Positions 59,576-64,000 of a stretch of 64,000 nucleotides of DNA are shown piece by piece (position 1 is the first letter of the stretch; each line of letters begins with the position of its first letter). A model generated the notes under the pieces. The model made no database searches. It was not told the origin of the DNA and saw only the letters and a list, made by a program, of their open reading frames with translations. The DNA lies in the NCBI RefSeq assembly GCF_031769215.1, contig NW_026782200.1:124001-188000 (forward strand). The letters run 5' to 3'. Position numbers and translations under genes: made by a program. This DNA comes from Ylistrum balloti (lineage: Eukaryota).

Positions 59576-60836
59576 TGTAACCTAACCGAGACGATGGATT
59601 GCAACACAAGAGAGAACAACAGTTTACACTATTTACATTTATTACAATTTACAAAACTACTGTCCAAAATGTACATATGGCATACCTAACATGATGAAAT
59701 CTCTCACTCCACAGATTCATACTGCCATAATGATATTTCACACCAGTCTACACACTATTATGAAGATGCTACACACAAATAACTACTACCTAAACCTATA
59801 AACTTTAAACCCTAACCTACTCCTGGTATTCACATCCTATATACACCCTACAGTTCATATATGAGCACAATCCGGCGACTGGTTCCCCTGCATAGCCCAC
59901 ACAACAAAGTTTGTAGATCCTGACGTAGAGATGCCTCCTCCGTCATTCCATAGAGTGACTGTAAGTGTCCATATCTCCTGACTGTAGCACAGGACCGTAT
60001 ATGGCACAGTTCCACCAAATGAAAACACAATCTCGTAGTACGAGGTATATGAAGTCATCAGACAAATGGAGACGATCTCACCAAAAGATCACTGAAGATC
60101 ACTAAAGAATTGACCATAATATCGCCACAACACGCAGCTGGGCCTCCATAGCATCCATGCACTAATAGCGTTCAATATGACCGCAAAAACATGTCAACAC
60201 AACACTCCTGCATCGCTCAACCGAATGCAGTACAACAACGACAGGAATAATCAACAACAAGACAACGAAGTGTCCATTCCGGTAACAATCATATGGCTGT
60301 TACGGGCTTCCATACATGAAATTTCGCCGTCAGCTCATGATATGGTTCGGGCATGACATGGAGCTACAATATACAAATAATACCCTATAAGGCTATATTC
60401 TACACAATATAACTAATAAAGAAATGATTATATTTATTTCTATTACTGTAATCTATCTTAAGTAAACACGGCAATACACATAACCGCTCTCGATAACGCG
60501 TTCGCTCACCCTTTACCTGTATACTGATATAACTCGCTACGCACGGGCTAATACACCTATACGTTCACGAACGCTATCATACACGACTTATATATTCTTA
60601 ATAAACATGATATAACTTACCGTGGCTGTATTTCACGCTCCCAAAGCTTTCCCGATGTTTCACACCTGTCAACACATCAAGATGTCCGCCCGAATACCTT
60701 ACCCGTCGTCCTTTGCCCATGCGCGATAACTTTTAAAAGTTTCGCACGAGATTAAGGCGCAAAATTCAAACAATAAAATATAAATTCAACATACTTACAA
60801 CCAGCCTGTATATAAGCTCATAATTCGTATGTGACA
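59576..60836 (-). repeat. Gypsy LTR C (5' LTR of the dimer), 1261 bp
   Basis: Same termini; followed by TSD CAAGG and resumption of the 53-bp satellite. Confidence 0.95.
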
Positions 60837-61371
60837 CAAGGATGGTCTCAGCGGAACAGAGAGTGAAATTGATGGTAACCCCTGGAGTATTGAGGATGGT
60901 TCAAGGGGTACAGTTAGTGAAAGTGATGTAATCTCTGTAGTATCGAGAATAATTCCAAGAGTACAGAGAGCAAACGTGATGTAACCCCTGGAGTATCGTG
61001 GATGGTCCCAGGAGTACAGTGAGTGAACTTGATGTAACCTCTGTAATATCGAGGATGGTCCAAGCGGTACAGAGAGTGAAAGTGAATTTAACTCCTGTAA
61101 TATCGAGGACGGTCCCAACGGAACAGAGCGTGAAAGTGATCGTAATCCCTGGAGTATCGTGGATGGTCCCAGGAGTACAGTGAGTGAACTTGATGTAACC
61201 TCTGTAATATCGAGGATGGTCCAAGCGGTACAGAGAGTGAAAGTGAATTTAACTCCTGTAATATCGAGGACGGTCCCAACGGAACAGAGCGTGAAAGTGA
61301 TCGTAATCCCTGGAGTATTGAGGATGGTCCCAGGAGTACAGAGAGTTAACGGGATGTAACCTCTGTAATAT
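60837..61371 (+). repeat. 53-bp satellite array, right part
   Basis: Resumes in register (ATCAAGG|ATGGT) after the insertion. Confidence 0.93.
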
Positions 61372-63215
61372 ACGAAAAGGATTCACGATATCGACTTATT
61401 GCAGGAAATGTAAACTTATTGTATGATATCATTTCGAGGGAAAAAAGTGTTATTACTTGTGGCAAGTCCTCCTATTTCTGGAATTTACATTTGAAAATTT
61501 CAAATATTCTTTATTAATTTTTCATTTATCACGTGTAATGAATTAAAGTTCACTTGAGCATGAAAAACACTCGGGATGGAAGTATTTAAAAGGTGTTGGT
61601 CACTACTGTTTTACGTTATTAAATTACCGATTTTTTGTTTGAATTACTGTGGGTTTTTAAATATTGTTTCAGACCATGTCGACAACCTTCAGTGAGTTTT
61701 CCCCCTCTGTATGAGTACGATGGCGAACTATTGGCATCAGTTACTGGTGTCATGCTAGCTTTTGCAGGCAAGTCTTAAGAATGCATTTTTTATTCCATCC
61801 TGTTTGATTACTTCTCAGTGTGGTGTATTGTCGATTCATTGGATTGTATTTTATGAATTTCCAATTTAAAACTGATTTCAGTCCTCAGCACACACAAGTG
61901 AACATTAGTGTTTCTCTGTATCTCCGTTTTTCAATAAATTCTTTACTTATGGAGAGGACACAAGGAGAAGACGGAAGAAAGAAATAGGGCGATGCATAGG
62001 GAAGGGGGCGGGACATGACAGGAGATGGGTCGGACAGGTGTAACGGTGTTTGACTGTACAGACATGATCGTTGGGACAGACGATTGGGGGCGGGACAGAG
62101 GAAGGGATGGAACAACTGAAAGGGTGTTGGACAGAGGTATAGGGTGAGGAAACAATGGGGATGCGGCAGACGACTGGGGTCGGGACAGAGGAAAGGGAGT
62201 TGGACTTGACAGAGGTCGGAAAGGGACCTAAGAGAAGGGATGGATCAGGGGAAAGTTGTAATTGCAGAAACGTATTATTTTTTAGAGTTTTTATTTCAAT
62301 CTAGTTATATTGGTCAGAGTGATAATTTTTAGTTTTAAAAACGTTTTATGTTTAATGACCGTAGCCAATTTACAACTATTCTAAGTACATCATTACTTAG
62401 ATTAAATGATCTGACCTCCAGGGACATTGTACAAGGTTTACTTTCCGAAGTATAAACTACTGAATCTTTTAAGACGTCTGCTCGTCAATTAGCCTCTGTT
62501 GTTTTTCTAATCTCAATTGAAAATAGCAATCATTTATCGGCTAATTTTTCCTTAGAAAGCAAGCTACATCCTGATAACTTCATGGTACCGTAATTGTATA
62601 CATTTTGTGGTTTAAGCAATGAACCTTGAAAACACCATGAATTTAGCGACTAGTTTTTTTTCAGTAAGTATGTTTCCGGGTTATTTATAGGTTAATTGCT
62701 TATGTACTGTTCAACAAACAGTCGATAAAACCATCGCTCGATTTCTACAAAATGTATAAGTAACGCCTATACTTAACTAAAGATCTAGGATCGGCTAAAC
62801 TAAAGCTGTTTCAATGCATAATGTATGCTGACAATAAAGTACATACATCTTTAGGGACTATGATGACCTATAGCCATCATTTTTGTCCCTTGTCGTAATA
62901 AACAAAAAGGCTCATGGTACTGATATTAGGTCTATAGCATGCTTAAATAAAGAGCTATCAAGTCTGTTCGATGAATGACATTGACACTCAATTTCACTGG
63001 GCTTAAATCGTCAATTACATTTTCTCAGTATGCAAATGGCCAAGAGTTTTGATATCAGACTTGCAACATGCTGTGTTTATTGCGATAATTACTATGAACT
63101 TTTCAAAATTATTATTGACCTTCACCCGATTTCACAGAGGTCACACATCTTAATAGTTTCAAACAACTTCTTCTCAATACGCAAACTGTCTAATTAGCTG
63201 AGATTGGGCCTGTGC

Positions 63216-64000
63216 CTGGAATAATCCTCGATACTTCAGGGATTACATCACTTTCACTCTCCGTACTCCTGGAACCATTCGCGATACTACTGGTGTTACA
63301 TCACTTTCACTCTCGGTACCCTCTGAACCATCCTCAATACTCCAGGGGTTACATCAATTTCACTCTCTGCACTGCTGGTACCATCCTCGATACTACATGG
63401 GTAACATCACTTTCACTCTCGGTACCGTTGTTACCATCCCCGATACTCCAGGAGTTACAATCACTTTCACTCTCTGTACCGCTTGGACCATCCTCGATAT
63501 TACAGAGGTTACATCAAGTTCACTCACTGTACTCCTGGGACCATCCACGATACTACAATGGTTACATCACTTTCAATTTCTGTACCGATGGGACCATCCT
63601 CGATACTATAGGGGTTACATCACGTCCACTCTCTGTACCGCTGGGACCATCCTCGATATTACAGGGGTTACATCAAGGTTACATCACGTTACGATCACTT
63701 TCTCTCTGGGACCATCCTCGATATTACAGGGGTTACATCACGTTTACTCTCTGTACTCCTGGAACCATTCTTGATATTACAAGGGTTATATCACTTTCAC
63801 TCTCTTTACCCCTTGAACCATCCTCAATACTACAGTGGTTACATCACTTTCACTCTCTGTACCCCTGGAACCATCCTCGATACTACATGGGTTACATCAC
63901 TTTCACTCTATGTAGCGCTGGGACCATCCTCGATATTGCAGGGGTTACATTACTTTCACTCTCTGTATCGCTGGAACCATCCCCGATACTCCAGGAGTTA
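63216..64000 (-). repeat. 53-bp satellite array in inverted orientation, open at the window end
   Basis: Units CCATCCTCGATACTCCAGGGGTTACATCACTTTCACTCTCTGTACCCCTGGAA are the reverse complement of the 46.4-61.4 kb units. Confidence 0.93.

Larger units (their letters stand above)
47263..60836 (-). mobile_element. Tandem dimer (LTR-int-LTR-int-LTR) of a Gmr1-like Ty3/Gypsy LTR retrotransposon
   Basis: Three ~1.26-kb TG...CA LTRs, two internal copies, and one 5-bp TSD CAAGG (47258-47262 and 60837-60841) around the whole unit. tRNA-Leu PBS next to the two upstream LTRs. Confidence 0.96.

Noticed and set aside
47263-60836. The Gmr1-like Gypsy as the autonomous partner of the tRNA-TRIM
   Set aside because: TSD length (5 vs 4 bp), PBS (tRNA-Leu vs tRNA-Lys-like) and LTR 5' end (TGTCAC vs TGTAAC on the element strand) all differ.
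12661-60836. Functional link between SERINC (a retrovirus-restriction family in mammals) and the neighbouring LTR elements
   Set aside because: Restriction is shown for SERINC3/5 against enveloped retroviruses; these elements have no env, and proximity is expected in a repeat-rich genome.

Overview
AT-rich eukaryotic (metazoan) DNA. The repeat style suggests a bivalve mollusc, but that is inference. There is one complete host gene: a 12-exon serine incorporator (SERINC) on the + strand, 12661-36643, 462 aa. All of its introns are GT-AG with consistent phases. The rest is mobile DNA and tandem repeats: (1) a decayed CR1/L2-group LINE whose endonuclease codons have been amplified into a 62-bp minisatellite; (2) a decayed Merlin/IS1595-type DDE transposase; (3) an intact 406-bp miniature LTR element (TRIM) whose LTRs carry a tRNA-Thr-derived Pol III promoter; (4) TIR elements, HINE-like repeats and a Penelope-like RT fragment; (5) tandem arrays of 32, 37, 42, 53, 60/65 and 76 bp; (6) a 13.6-kb LTR-internal-LTR-internal-LTR tandem of a Gmr1-like Ty3/Gypsy element (PR-INT-RT-RH order) with one 5-bp TSD, inserted in the 53-bp satellite. 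Strongest leads: the 76-bp array that copies a SERINC exon end plus its splice donor 26 times, each unit being a GT...AG mini-intron; the tRNA-LTR TRIM; a candidate UUU_CGC +1 gag-pol frameshift; and the outer Gypsy LTRs being closer to each other than to the middle LTR. All coordinates and counts were read by eye; no searches were run.
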